From the NCBI GenBank assembly GCA_965644315.1, contig CBFFRQ010000069.1, positions 62,001 through 126,000 of the forward strand: 64,000 nt of DNA. Direction: 5' to 3'. The DNA is from Caecitellus pseudoparvulus (taxonomy: Eukaryota; Protista; Bigyra: Bicosoecida). Numbering within the stretch: position 1 is the stretch's first letter; each line of letters begins with the position of its first letter. The notes below the pieces were generated by a model, which ran no database searches, was not told the origin of the DNA, and saw only the letters and a program-made list of their open reading frames with translations. Below are positions 47,601 through 59,995 of the stretch, in pieces. The translations under genes and the position numbers were made by a program.

Positions 47601-50600
47601 ATTCCAAAGGGGATGAAAGGTGCAGGGTAAGCCCTCCATTTGAAACTGCTACGATATGGCGCACCTCGCTTTGGCGTGCGTCATATTCTGTTGCCGAAAT
47701 GACGATCTCGTCCCCTGCACCCCACGAGACAGGCTGCTGCAGAGTGAGCTCTGTGGCACCTTTGCCCGCACTCGCTGCCAGGCGTGTCCATGTCACCCCC
47801 GCGGGCTTTCCGTACACGGTCAGGTTACCGTACACGCCCAGAACTTTGTTGCTGAGGAACTGCGAATTGTCGACGATGACGGCGGGGGAGTTCCGGCCGC
47901 CCACGAACTCGACCCGGGCAGCATGCTGGAAGGGGGCGTCTGGCGAGCCAATTTGCCATTCCCCAAGAACCAGTGCCGATTGCAGTGTCAGCGTTAAGTC
48001 CTTAGAGTCCGCGAAGGTGAGGCGCCCCTCAATGCGAAGGTGGCCCAGGGCTGGCGTATCTGCCACGTCAAGAACCAGCCACATGCTGGGGGGCACCGTG
48101 ACGTCATCCCCTTCACGGGGAAGCCTGTCCGGCTCAGTCTCAGACAACCCCCACATGTCTCGCATGTGGTGCCAGGTGCTCGGGGCGCTCCACAGCATTG
48201 GCGTGCCAGGCCTGATGTCCACCCCTGGTACCGGACAGCCACGAGGCGGGCACTGCAAGTTCTTTACGAACACCCTGTGCGTCCCATACCTGCCTGAAAG
48301 AGCATCCAGCGGCATGCCACGTGAGGAATTGAACACATTGTTCAGCATCAAGCTCCACGTGTTGTTGAGGAAGCCTGGGCTGTTGCGGCGCTCGAGCCAG
48401 CCAGTGCCAAAGTGGTCGCTGGGCAGCGGCTCGCGATCCGGTAAAGTGGGGAACTCCTCGATGCCCCCCAAGGCCGCCACCTCCGCAGCCTCACTTGCAA
48501 TGTCTTCACCCCAGTAGTCTTGCACGCCCTTGCCGTAGAGGACTTTGTTTCGATATCTGGTGTCCGTCCAGTTCAGCTTCAACCCCACCCACTCCGACTC
48601 TGGCGCGTGGGCGCCGATGTAGTCGGGCTCTGAGAAGCGAATCTGCAGCTCGTGCCAGTCCAGCGGCGTATTATGGAACCAAAGACGGATCCAGCGCCGG
48701 GTCACGATCGGAAAAACCCAACCTGCTATCTCTTTGAAGAGGAAACCCACTTTGTTGTCTTCGTACACGGGGTGGTCCGCGGGGCTCACACCGAGGGAAA
48801 CAGCACGAAGCTCATCGGGCTCATACATGTCAATACCGATGCGACGAACTTCGACTGAAGCATCACATAAGATGGCGTCGTCATATGTTGCAGTCGCAGA
48901 ATTCTCTCGCGTGCACGCTGGGGCTGTGCCGGCAGCGTTGAAAGACCAGTAGGGCGAGGCCCAGGATCGTGGCCCCCTCCCCGTCAGCGAGCCATCCAAG
49001 TCGTAAATGATGTCCTTGCGCCCTGGACCCCACTTCACCCGTTGAGTGGAGTTCACGAACACGAGCCCCTCCACACGATAGGTGAAGCCGCCCTGCGCAA
49101 GGGACATTTGCTCGCCGCACTTGGCACATGTTGCCAGTGCCCCCCTGCCGTAGTTGACAAACGTCGCACCGTCGATGTGGAAAAACTCCCTCTGAGGCGC
49201 AAACACACCAACTTTGTCTCTTGGAGCACGCTGAGGGTCGATACTTCCCACAAAAAGCCCGTTCTGAATGTGTGCGTCGTCCTCCCTGTATCGCACCTCA
49301 GCCAGCTTGGTCCAGAACAGGTCATCCCGCACATTTTCCAGGGACTTCACATTGATATGGTGAATGTCACCGTTCAGCTTGCCGAACACGCCATGCACGC
49401 CGTTGCGGAAGGTGGTGAAGTTCAGGAAGTACATGGGATACGGCACGATGGTGTTGGAGCAGGGCTCAGCCCGCGGCAGAACAACGGGGTACAGCCGCAG
49501 CCCGTGCACGCCATTGGAGTGGGCAGTATTGTTGAAGAATTCCCCCAGATGCTCATGGTTTGGGCAGGTGTTCAGAGTGAAGGAGGGACCGTGCGGGTGG
49601 CCTGGCAGCTCCAGCCAGTAGCCGTCGTTTGTGCAGCCTGCGGCCCGGTTGTGCCTCCAGAACTGCCTCGGCGACGCAGTCCAGAAGGATGCTGGTTTAG
49701 TGTCGCCCTTCAAGCAGGCGCTGCAGCGCAGGGTCACTGCCACTAGGTTCTCCTCAATCACGTTGAACTCCTCCGCGCCATCCTCCACGAAGAACGAGTG
49801 CCCCTTGATGTGGTACGCAAAGTTGTGCTTGACCTCGAAGTGTGACACGCCGTGGATCGTGGTCGCCCGCTGGAAGGAATGGTGGATGGAGTTTGCCTTG
49901 ACATAGGAGCGGTCAAATCGCCCCGCCATGTGCGCGTGTGTGCAGTAGCGGCCCAACAAGAACGACTGGCCGCAGCGGCGGAACTCAGCATTCTCCACAC
50001 GATACACGCCCCCGCCCATGGCCATGGTGTGGGCTCCAAAATCCTGTGCCGTGGAGTGCTCGTCACCTTGAATGACAATGTTGCGAGTCAGCAACCCCAC
50101 TTCCCCACGCATGTCAGCAGCGCTGTGTCCCAACCTCTCCCCATGGAACACATCCGCCCGGTGCTCGAAGGCAAAGGGGCGGGTCACCTTGTACTTGGTG
50201 GGCGACAGAACTTCGCCGATGACCCTCTCCTCTGCCTCGCGAAAGGAAGTCCCTGTCGACGGCAGCACCACTCGCTCTCCGACTTGAAAGTCAGTCGGCT
50301 CGGCGGTCGTGAAGTGGCTTGATCCAGCAGCAACGTGCTGCCCCTCAGCCAGCATGGTCCATACACGAGTCCTGGGAATGCCATGCACATCCAAGCGTGC
50401 AAGGGCTTGCGACGGAACCAGCGCGCCGCCACGAAGGTCGTAACCTGTCCGGTCCATGATGGCAAGGCACTTTGCTCCAATTTGCGGGAGCTCAGTGTTC
50501 TTGTACCGGTCACCGTGCAGCGTTATCGTCGCTCTGTTCCGCAAGGGAAGCGCTTCAGTCCCCAGCTCGAGGGCACCCCCATGCACAAAAATGTAAGTCG

Positions 50601-53600
50601 CATTCAGCTCCAAGTTATCATTCTCTGGCGAGTCATCCCACACCAGCTCACCTTGAATGAGAAGAAGGAAGGCTGAGACGTTCATGTCAAGCAGAATGGT
50701 CTGGCTGGGTGGAATGACGACACTCTCGCCTTCCCGAGGTCGCTGCTGGAACTGCCACGTGTTGGGGTCCGACCAGCGATCCAGGAAGCGGAATTTAGCT
50801 GCAGGCGAGATGATAGCATTCCCTGTGCTGCCGAACGACACTTGAATGCCAGGATCTTGCAGAGTCAGCCGTGCAGTGGTCGTGCACTTCAACGTGTCGT
50901 GTGAGACAGACTGCACAATGCACGGAGCTCCTTGAGCTTTCACGCTGACGGATGTGGCATCCACTGGAAAGTTGGACCCTGTTAGTGTGATGTCTGTCCC
51001 TCCAGTTGAGGGTCCCCAGGCAGGAGACACTGCATGCACGACAGGCGAAGCTGATGTGGTGTACTGAACTGCGGCGCCCCGAAGCTGGTGCAGCTCCCCT
51101 GTGCACTGGGAGAGCACCTGTACATCACATGTGCCATTACTTAACATGCGAGTTGTCAGCAGATGCCCGATGAACTGCAGCTCATTCATCCGGCACTGGG
51201 TCCCATCGCGGCACTTGAATCGAAGTAGACGCCAAGGCCCTTGGCGCAGGCCAGAAGGCACGTCAATGTAGTTCCATCCCTCTGTTGGTTGGGTTTCCAC
51301 AGATGCAATCGAGACCCAGCTCTCTCCTGGCCCGGTAGAGCCCTGCAGCTCAGCCCCGTACAGAGCATCGGCACTCGTCCAAGCTGCGTACCAGCGCACC
51401 CGAGTGAGTAGTGCTTCGGCTCCGTCGCCCACGTCGATTCCAACACTGCAATCAGTGCTCCCTCCGTAGTATCCTCTCCCAAGGTCCCCATCAAAAAGGA
51501 GGGCCCTGCGCCAAGCGCTGCCACTGTTGCCGATGATGCTTGCTCGCTCCAGCTCCGCAGGCTCAGCGAAGGCCAACTGCGGGCTCCACTTTGTGAGGAG
51601 AGGGGGTGTGCTCCAAGCCCCGCTCCCATTCCCGACGAAAGTAGGAGCTGCCTCGACACCGCACACCAACACTGATACAAGTGAGGCGGCACACGTTTCG
51701 CCCGCCGCATGCCGCCCATCCATCATTCCCAGCCCTGTCCCCACTAGCTCCAGCCGCCCCCCACCAGCGAAACTGCTGTTGACGCGGCCCCTTTGCTCCA
51801 CATCAAGCGGGACTGTGACTATGTTGTCACTCGGCTGTGCGAGAAGGCCGAAGTTGTCGGCCATGTCCAACTCGATCGAGTGTTGGCCGGCTGGGAGAAC
51901 CGAGGTCGACAGGTGAACCCAGGACTCTGTGGCTTGCACAATGGCTGCAGGGACTCCACCCACGCGTGCACGCTCAAGTGGTTTGACACCGCTTCCTTGC
52001 AACGAGATATTGACGTGAGTTCTGCCGCCCACATGATCCATGACCTGCACGTCGCCGACCAGCGCGCCTGGAGCCACGTACGAAAACACATCGTGAAAAA
52101 CTGATGAGAAGTCGGGAATGAAGTCCCACTCCGTCTCAAACACTTGCACTGTAATGGAAGGGTTCGAACCACGCCCAGGCGGTGTGGACACCACGAGGAG
52201 GTCAGGTGACGCTTGGACCACTGACGCTGTCCCAGAGCTCACCATCACCTTGTTTGCTGCTGGCACGCGCGAGTTGAAGCCCCACCCTCGCACGTACAGC
52301 AGTGTTCCGCCACTTGCGCTGCCTTGCCGAGGGGAAAGTGAGTCGACGGTCGTATTGTACTGAATCGCGGGGGACGAAGAGCAGTTGCCAGTTCCCAGAG
52401 CCGAAGTGATCGTGACCGAGTACTCCCCAGCGTCCAGCGCTGGGAGTTGGCACTGCAGCTCTGTGTCAGTCCCACCCGTCGCATTACAGGCTTTGCCTCC
52501 GACAGCTGCCTGGGCCCCAAGCAAGTTTGTTCCACCGATTCGTAAGCTATCACGCCCTAGCTGGACGACTGCACTGCACCGTGGCGTGGAGGTAGCGGAC
52601 CACGTCCACGTGCAGTTGTTGCAAGCAGCCACAACCTGGTTTGTGCGAACGTGCACCTGGGAGATAACATCAGCCGATTGATGCAACACATCCCACGCAG
52701 GGACCACGACTGGCGGAACTTCACATGTAATTGCAGAGACTGAGAAGTTGGTAATGTGGCACGCAAAGCGGCCTTGCACTTGTCCCCACCGTGGAACAAG
52801 GAACAAGACCTCGTTCGCGTTCCTGCGCGGGCTGAATCCTGAGCCGGCAATGTGCAGCACTGCTCCCCCAAGGCGCGAGCCTTTGACCATGGACAAGCTG
52901 TATACTTTGAGAGACACATCAATGCCAACGCCGTCAACAGCGGCGGCTGTTCCCAGTTGAGGGAACCGGACCACTGGCACAATGACTCCTTGATCTTCAG
53001 CGATTGACCCCGCTTTGGGTCGATCCAAGAAGCACTGCACACTGCCATTCAAAGGCTGGGTTGCGTAGATTCGGCACGGGCGTGCCCCAACGTGCACGGA
53101 CATGCCATCTGCAACTGCCCAGTTCGACACCACCAAGGTCAACAGGCCAGAAATACCATACGAGAGCCGTGCTGGGTGCACACTTTCAAGGGTTGGTGTG
53201 CTGGTGGATGTGTGCGCGAAAGTCAGTCTAGTTGCTAGACCTGATACAGAAACATTCGCTTTGCTTCCAGAAGCCGCATGCAAGGCGGACAACGAAGTGT
53301 TGCGTGCACCGGGCACCATTGGCGTCCTGCAGAGCAGTTCTGTGCTGGTGGCCTGCAGCACCACACAGTGGGAGGCTCCTGCAGGATAGGAGAACACTAC
53401 TTCGTTCCTCGTGGCATTCAGTCGGTCGAACCCACTTCCTGTGATGTTCACGAGGGTGCCGCCCGCCAGTGAGCCCTGTGTTGGAGACATGCTATCCACG
53501 CGGAGCGGAACAGTGACCGTCGCGTTCCCGCTTGCCCGTCCCGGGCCCGAATGGTCGATGAGAGCCACAAGGTGCACCCCAGCCTCTCCTTCTCCGAGGA

Positions 53601-56323
53601 TGCATGAGACGTTGTGCTCAGTCGCTTGTTGCACATAGCAGGTTGCTTGACCGACCTGAATAGTGCACGAATCCACGCAACGGGCCAGGCGTTTGCCATG
53701 AACGTGCAGCAGATCGCCCGCGGATACCTGCTTTGGGGAGACTGCGAGCACCTCTGGTGTGACAACATGCTGGTATTCCACGCTGCACACAGACGAAGCC
53801 TCCAGAGGGCTGCCCCACTCGTCGCATGCCGCAACGACTCCCCCCACTCGCACATGGACAGGGGCCAGAACATGCTCCGGCCCCCAAGACACCGACTGAT
53901 TGACCTTGAAAGGTGACCTGAAGAAGGTCATGGGCACGGTGTCGAACCAGAGTTCATCTGTGCTGCCCCGAAGCAGGGGCTGCGATGTGATGCTGACGTC
54001 GCTGCCACTGAGCTCCACGCCTGACACCTGCAATGGCGGCTGAGCACCAAGCTCTGAGGCGTACGTGATGACCCAACGCTTGCCATCCAAGCCGTTTCCT
54101 TCGGTGCGTACCGATATCTCAGGTAGGGGGTCGAAAATCGTCCCGTTTCGAGCACTGTGAACCATTTCTGTCAACGCTTCTGCGACTTCATGCCCTGCCA
54201 CGTTCACATCGAAAACAGGCGATTGGATTCCGGCCCTGTGAAACATCCATGCGCCTGCTGCAGGCTGATTGGGCATTCGAGTTCGAAGGTGCTGCGTCGA
54301 GTATTGGGCGAGAGCTAGACCCCCGCCTGGCAAGCTCTCACGAAGCGGCACAGCGGAGCGCACCACAACTTGTAGGTCAGGCCACATCCCAGCGCGGCCA
54401 CAGTGGATGGTGACGGTGAACTGGGAGCCTGTCAAGGACAGCCGCTGTTGGGTCTGAGCCAGAGTTTCGTTGACACCTGCAGAAGGCGCGATGCGCTCCT
54501 CAGACACGGACACAGATCCGCAACCGGGCAGGATCGCTTGAGCTGCATGGTCCACGGCAGACGCCCCGTCTCGCAACGCAAATGCTGATGAAACCGTGGT
54601 TCCCTCCCCCGTCTCAAGGCGCAGCATCAGCTTGCTGCTGCCCTCCAGCCCAAGAACTGTGAGCTGCTGCTGCTCGCGGACTACCTCCACGCGAAGGACA
54701 ACCTCCTGCACCTCTCGAACGCTGTGCGATTGCACGATGTTTGGGTGTGTCTGGGCGTCCACCGCTCCTTGAACTTGCAGCGCAACGTTGTAGTACTCAG
54801 CTCCCCCCCACTGCTGGTTGCTGGAGCGAATGTAGTACGGCTGCCCTTCGCTCAAAAGCATGGGCTTGCTTCGCGAGGCAGGACTTCGGCCCAAAGTGCG
54901 CACCCAGGTGTCCTCAAATGTGTCGATGACCCGGTGATTGCCGGCAACCTCTTCGGCGCCCGATGAGCTCGCGTTCTTAGACAGATACAGCCTGGTGTAG
55001 TCATCCCCTCGGACCCAGAACGTGTAGTTCGCAGTGAATGGTGGAACAAAGAAGCCTTCCCCGGTCTCAATGAAGTTGTACCTTTGGCGATCCTGGAAGC
55101 CCCAGCGACCTCGCAAGTCAGACACCATGCCCCAGTGAAGATCAGGTTGGTGACTTGACTGCCAAGATACCGTGCCGTGCAGCCCCCAGCCGCCAAGTAC
55201 TGGCTGGGAAGCACGCCCCACAACTTGGCCCAGCGCGGAAGCGGGCGGGAGGGCGCATGACAAGGTGTTCGACGTCTCCACAATCACATCAGTGCAGTGC
55301 GCGCCCCCGATCAGCACCTGGTTGTTGCTGGCATTGGCTACGTCAATGCCTGTAACGTTCAGGTGCAGCCGGCTGCCCCCCAGCCACCCCGACTTGTTCA
55401 TGGAAAGGGAGTGAACCTGCGGCACCAGGACCATGTCATGCACCGTGTCATCATGGAAGCGAGGGAGCCCTGGGACCGTGTAGTGATACTTTGGAAAGCC
55501 ACCACCGTGCGTCGGCTGATCCACGCGAATGGACACGTTTGCCCACCCCGCCGCTTGGGCTGCGGTCTCGCACCACCACCACTCTCGCCACCACCGGTGA
55601 CGCCTGCCCACCACGCCGCCCACTCCATCTGATCGGTCAGGAGGGGGGTCTTCCCACTGCTCTTCTTGAAGGTTGGCGTACACTTCCTCGGACATGTCGC
55701 AGGAGTGTTTTCCAACGCGGACATCAAAGTGGTCCAGCGCGAATCCTCGAAGGTAGCCCCACCAATAGTACCGCTGCCCTGCCAACACAGCCGGTGCACG
55801 GTCCAGGACAAGGGGCATCTCATACCCCGTCCCATAGTAAAAGTGGCACCCAGACGAATCCTGGCACTCTGCTCTCGAGTTCAACCCCGGGCCCGTCAGC
55901 TCAACGTGGACGTGCACTGTTCCAGCGCGCAGCGCAGGGGCGGCCTGCGTCGTGCAGACAATCTGGTTGTCCACTGAGTCATACTCTGACACAATGCAAG
56001 GTGTGTTTCCCAGCAACACAGTTGTGCTCCTGCGCGAGGGCAAGACCCGGTGCGGAGTCAAGAATGGGCTGGCGTTTCGCATGCAGAGAAACGCACCCTT
56101 CCAAACCCCCCCTTGAGAAGCCACTGCCCTTGAGGACAAGGCGCGTCCCACCCATCAGGGAGCCCCTTCGAGGCTCCACGTCGAAAATGACAGCTTTGGG
56201 CAATCCATCTGCTGCTGCCGTGACGCCGCGTTGCATGCACACAGCCAGGAGGAGCGTGCACGCAGCGGTTGCAGACACAGCCAGCCGCCACCCGCCCCCA
56301 CGGGGCGTGAGACGACCCTTCAT
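44680..56323 (-). CDS. Fibrocystin-L (PKHD1L1)-like type I membrane protein, about 3858 aa; intron 56030-56096
   Basis: Signal peptide, multiple IPT/TIG repeats (SP..GS..GGT...I.GSGF), PA14-like segment, two G8 domains (RWSDPNTW..., LWSAPSTW...) each followed by beta-helix repeats (GRYCTHAH, SIHHSFQRA), C-terminal TM LLLGILVGAGGAATLAAAIM. Confidence 0.88.
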
Positions 56324-56699
56324 GGAGAGACAGGGCAGTGCAGCCTTGTACTTGCCGGTGCACATGCGTGTCGTACGAGTTGGGTCTGCGCATCAGTGCA
56401 GTTTTGCAGTGACGGGTCGAATTCCTGTGCGGGTCATCGCGCGGGAGCTGCACAGCAAAGCTCCGAATGGACTAAGCCCCCCTCAATCAAATTCATGCAC
56501 ATGCTTCTTCGTGAGCTAGCTCCTCGCATGGAAATGGTTGCGTCGTGAGCTCTGCAGCAGAACCAGCGAGGACCCTGCCGTGCAGCAGGCAGGAACCACA
56601 AGCCAGCGCCGCCCACCAAGGCGCCCAGCTCAATCAAAGGAGATTATCGTGCATGAGCAGCTGGAAGACGTCAATTGATTTCATTCCCGTCCGCCCACC

Positions 56700-57755
56700 A
56701 TGCCCATTGATAGCTTCACGGCTGGTACGGGAGCTCGGACTTGCTCGTGATACGAAGCATTTTCCGCAACCGCAAACATGTGCTCCCACCGCAGGCGCTG
56801 TGGCAGGCACAGTCGCAGCCATCATCACCCTGCCGCTGGAGCGAATCAAGACAATTTACCAGTCATCCATGAAGGGGGCTGCTGTGAGAAGCGTGAGGGC
56901 CACCGTCTCCCACATTCTTGCCACAGAGGGAGCAAGTGGTCTGGTGCGCGGGCTGGTGCCAACCATTGCTGGCGTCGCACCAGCCCGTGCAGTGTACTTC
57001 GGCACGTATGCGAACGTGAAGAGTGCCCTAACATCGTCGGCTGACGGTGCGCCCGGCCCCGCCTCGCACCTCATCTCGGCTGCCACCGCCGGCTTCACAA
57101 CTGCCACCGTCATCGCGCCTGTGTTCATGGTAAAGACCCGCATGCAGCTGCTGGGAGGCTTGACGGGGGCTGTTCCATCCTCAACGCCGTCAACCACACC
57201 CCACCGCCTCCTGGATACTGTCCGGGGCATCTACCGGGAGGGAGGTCTGCGTGCATTCTACCGGGTGCGTGCTGCGCCACGCCGCAGTCCCCGCCTCGTG
57301 TCACCCACACGGCCGCCCACACTTCGCAGGGCGTCTCGGCATCATACCTGGGCGTGTCTGAGACAGTCATCCAGTTCGTGGTGTACGAGCAGATCAAGCG
57401 CTGGCAGGCTGCACGGGCAGCTGACGAGGCTGCAGCGAACTCGGGGTGGCAGGCGCCACAGGGCAAAGACGGCTCCAAGACCCGTGTTTCCTTGCTGGAC
57501 GCCTTCACCGCCGGCGCATGTGCCAAGCTCGTCGCATCTTGCGCCTCCTACCCCCACGAGGTGGTGCGCACTCGCCTTCGGGAGCACCACGATTCAGCCG
57601 CAGCCAACGCCCGAGGCATGGTGGGCTGGCTGCGCCACATCGCGCGCACTGAAGGCGTGGCAGGGCTGTACGGCGGCCTGGGCATCCACCTCATCCGCAC
57701 CGTGCCCAATGCCGCCATGCTGTTCGTAGTCATGGAGGCACTGGCAGGCGTGTAG
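56700..57755 (+). CDS. Mitochondrial pyrimidine nucleotide carrier (Rim2/SLC25A33/36 family); exons 56700-56724, 56795-57264, 57330-57755
   Basis: GVAPARAVYFGTY, PVFMVKTRMQL, GVSASYLGVSETVIQFVVYE, YPHEVVRTRLRE, LIRTVPNAA. Confidence 0.9.
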
Positions 57756-57771
57756 CTGCCGCACGGCCGCT

Positions 57772-58657
57772 TCACCTGCGCCGTGCCTTGCTCCCGCGCG
57801 ATGCGGCGCCAGCCTGGCGTGGGCGCTTGCGGGTCTCTGAGGGCACCGTTTGGGGTTCAGCGCTGGCCAGCTTCTCCACTTCCTCCGGTGTCGCGCAGTG
57901 CAGCTTCTTGGACGAAGCGCCAGCGGCGTACAGCGCCAGCTGCACCAGCTGGGCGGACCACTCGCAGCCCGAGAGGTCAGCCCCTGTGCAGGCGTCACTA
58001 AGTGGTTTCACTGCTGAGGCGGCGTCCCCCTCCTCGTCCGCAGCTCGCTGCGCCATGGCCTGCAGCGCTTCTGCAAGCCCCAAGAAGGCCTTGACAGTGT
58101 ACTCGCGCTTCGGCAGGGCTGCCTCCAGCGCCTCGTCGCTCATGAAAGGGACTGCGTCACAGGCAAGTGCCAACACTGCGCTAGCTGTCGCTGGCCCCAC
58201 GCCTTTGAATGCCGTCATGGCCTCCAGCGCCTTGCGCATGCAGGCGGGCTTCGGCGCGCCGCCTGGGCTGTGCGCGAGGTGTTTGAATGCTGCGGTGGAG
58301 GCGGTGCGGACCTGCCCTGGATCTGCTGCGTCGACGAATTGCTGCAGGCGGGGGCGGAATTTCCCCTTGGCCAGCTTCCACTTCATGATTGCGGATAGCT
58401 CTTGCCCTGTGATGTGGGGGGGGTCCCGGGCACGCACTGTGGCGGCGAGCTGCAGCATGCCATCGTCCAAAGCTGGCAAGCCTGCCTCAGGCTTCTGCGA
58501 ATGAAGCGGACGGGTGCGACAACGTGGACACTGTGGGGATGAGCCCAATGCATTGTCGTGTGCACACCTTTACCCTGCCAATGACGAGCGGATACAATCT
58601 CAGCCATGCTCGAAGCGTGGGTGCGTCCAATTTCCGCTCCTCAACACTTGCCGCCAT
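57772..58657 (-). CDS. Conserved uncharacterised helix-hairpin-helix (DNA glycosylase-like) protein; intron about 58495-58567/58573
   Basis: EL..IMKWKLAKGKFRPRL, FKGVGPATASAVL, PFMSDEAL, basic C-terminal NLS-like RKRPR. Confidence 0.82.
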
Positions 58658-58971
58658 TTCCGCTGGCCTGACGGAAGAACTACGATGCTGCGGGGGATCA
58701 GAGCCTGAAATCCCGTACTGATGAGTCACAGGGATAAAGTGGGGGTTTAATTTTTGTAAGGACTGCTAGCCTCCGTGACGGACGTTGCCGGGAGGGAATC
58801 CTCTCTGTCGCTGAGGAAGTCGACGCGCGAGCAGACCTGCCCGTGGGCCACAAGTGATGTGCTACTCTAAACAAAGAATCCCCCCTGTCCACCAGCATTC
58901 CTTTTGCGCTGGACTTGCGCGTGAGGTCCCTTGACTACGCGCAGTCGCGCCCTGTGGCCAGGCACGCAGCG

Positions 58972-59845
58972 ATGGCCAGCATGTGCAGGACTGTGGCTCT
59001 GCTCCTGTCTGTAGGGGTGTGTGCCCTCGCAGAAGTGTCTTCATCTGCTGAGCTAACGGACAAGGCATACAACAGCTTCTACTTCCTCGGTCCGTGGCAT
59101 GTTGTGGAGCGCAGCGAAGCTGGCGAGCGGAAATTGGCTTTGAACTTCACTGCTGGGTCAGACGAGTGGACGCTGCAATCTGCAGTCTTGCTCCAGGGCC
59201 AGGATGACCAGGTGCGGTGCCCCGCCATCGTTGGTACTTCCCCTCGCGTGCGGCATGTGCAATTTGCTGCCCCCTGTGCAGATCGGGCAGGCACAGCTAA
59301 GGCTGACTGAGCGTGGCGACTGGTCCCTTTGGGTGTCACCTGGCATGCTGGGCACACCTTACGATGAGGAGGAGGACATGGCTGCCGGGTTGGATGTTGG
59401 CGCTGGCCTCGTGCAGCTGTTCACTTTCTCGTTTGGGGCAGGGGATGCTGGAGTTGCTGACAAAGACGGCAGCCACTTGATGGCCAGCGCCCAAGGTCCT
59501 CTGCAGGCAGGAGGGGAGGGGTCCTTCCACTTTGGGCGCCTGCCAGGGTCTGGCAAGCATGCAGTGGACGGGCAGGCAGCATTCAAGTCCGTGGAGGGCG
59601 ACTCTTGGCTGCTGAAGGTGTCGCGAGAAGGGCAGAGCCAGGTGTCTTGGGCTGCTCGCAAGCAGCCCGAGGCAGGCTCTGGGAGCTGGCTGGAGGACAA
59701 TAAGATGTGGTTGCTGGGCGCACTATTTATCGGGAACTTGGCCCTTCGGCTGTGGTCTCGCTCGGGGCGGGGAGCGCAGCAGGCAGCAGGGAAGCCCAGC
59801 ATGGCAGAGGCGAGGCAGATCCGCCGCGAGAAGAAAAACAAGTGA
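58972..59845 (+). CDS. Uncharacterised type I membrane protein with signal peptide and C-terminal KKxx; intron 59212-59281
   Basis: N-terminal VALLLSVGVCALA, TM MWLLGALFIGNLAL, terminal EKKNK; a GT-AG intron joins two ORFs in frame. Confidence 0.7.
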
Positions 59846-59995
59846 ATACACACGCACCAGCCTGTGTGGCTGCCGTACCTCCGTCCAGATTGGTTGGGTG
59901 TAGAGTGTTCCTGGGCGTGTGCCGCGGCGCAGCGACGTGCCACCGTACCTGCGGATCTTGGCGCACGTTGCCTGACCCCCTGGCGCTGCTGCGCC

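Noticed and set aside
58700-58820. CTGATGAG (hammerhead core or box C), AATTTTTG (Sm-like) and CTGA (box D) in the divergent intergenic region
   Set aside because: No stem II-GAAA for a hammerhead, no convincing terminal stem or snRNA similarity; more simply a bidirectional promoter. An Rfam scan would be decisive.
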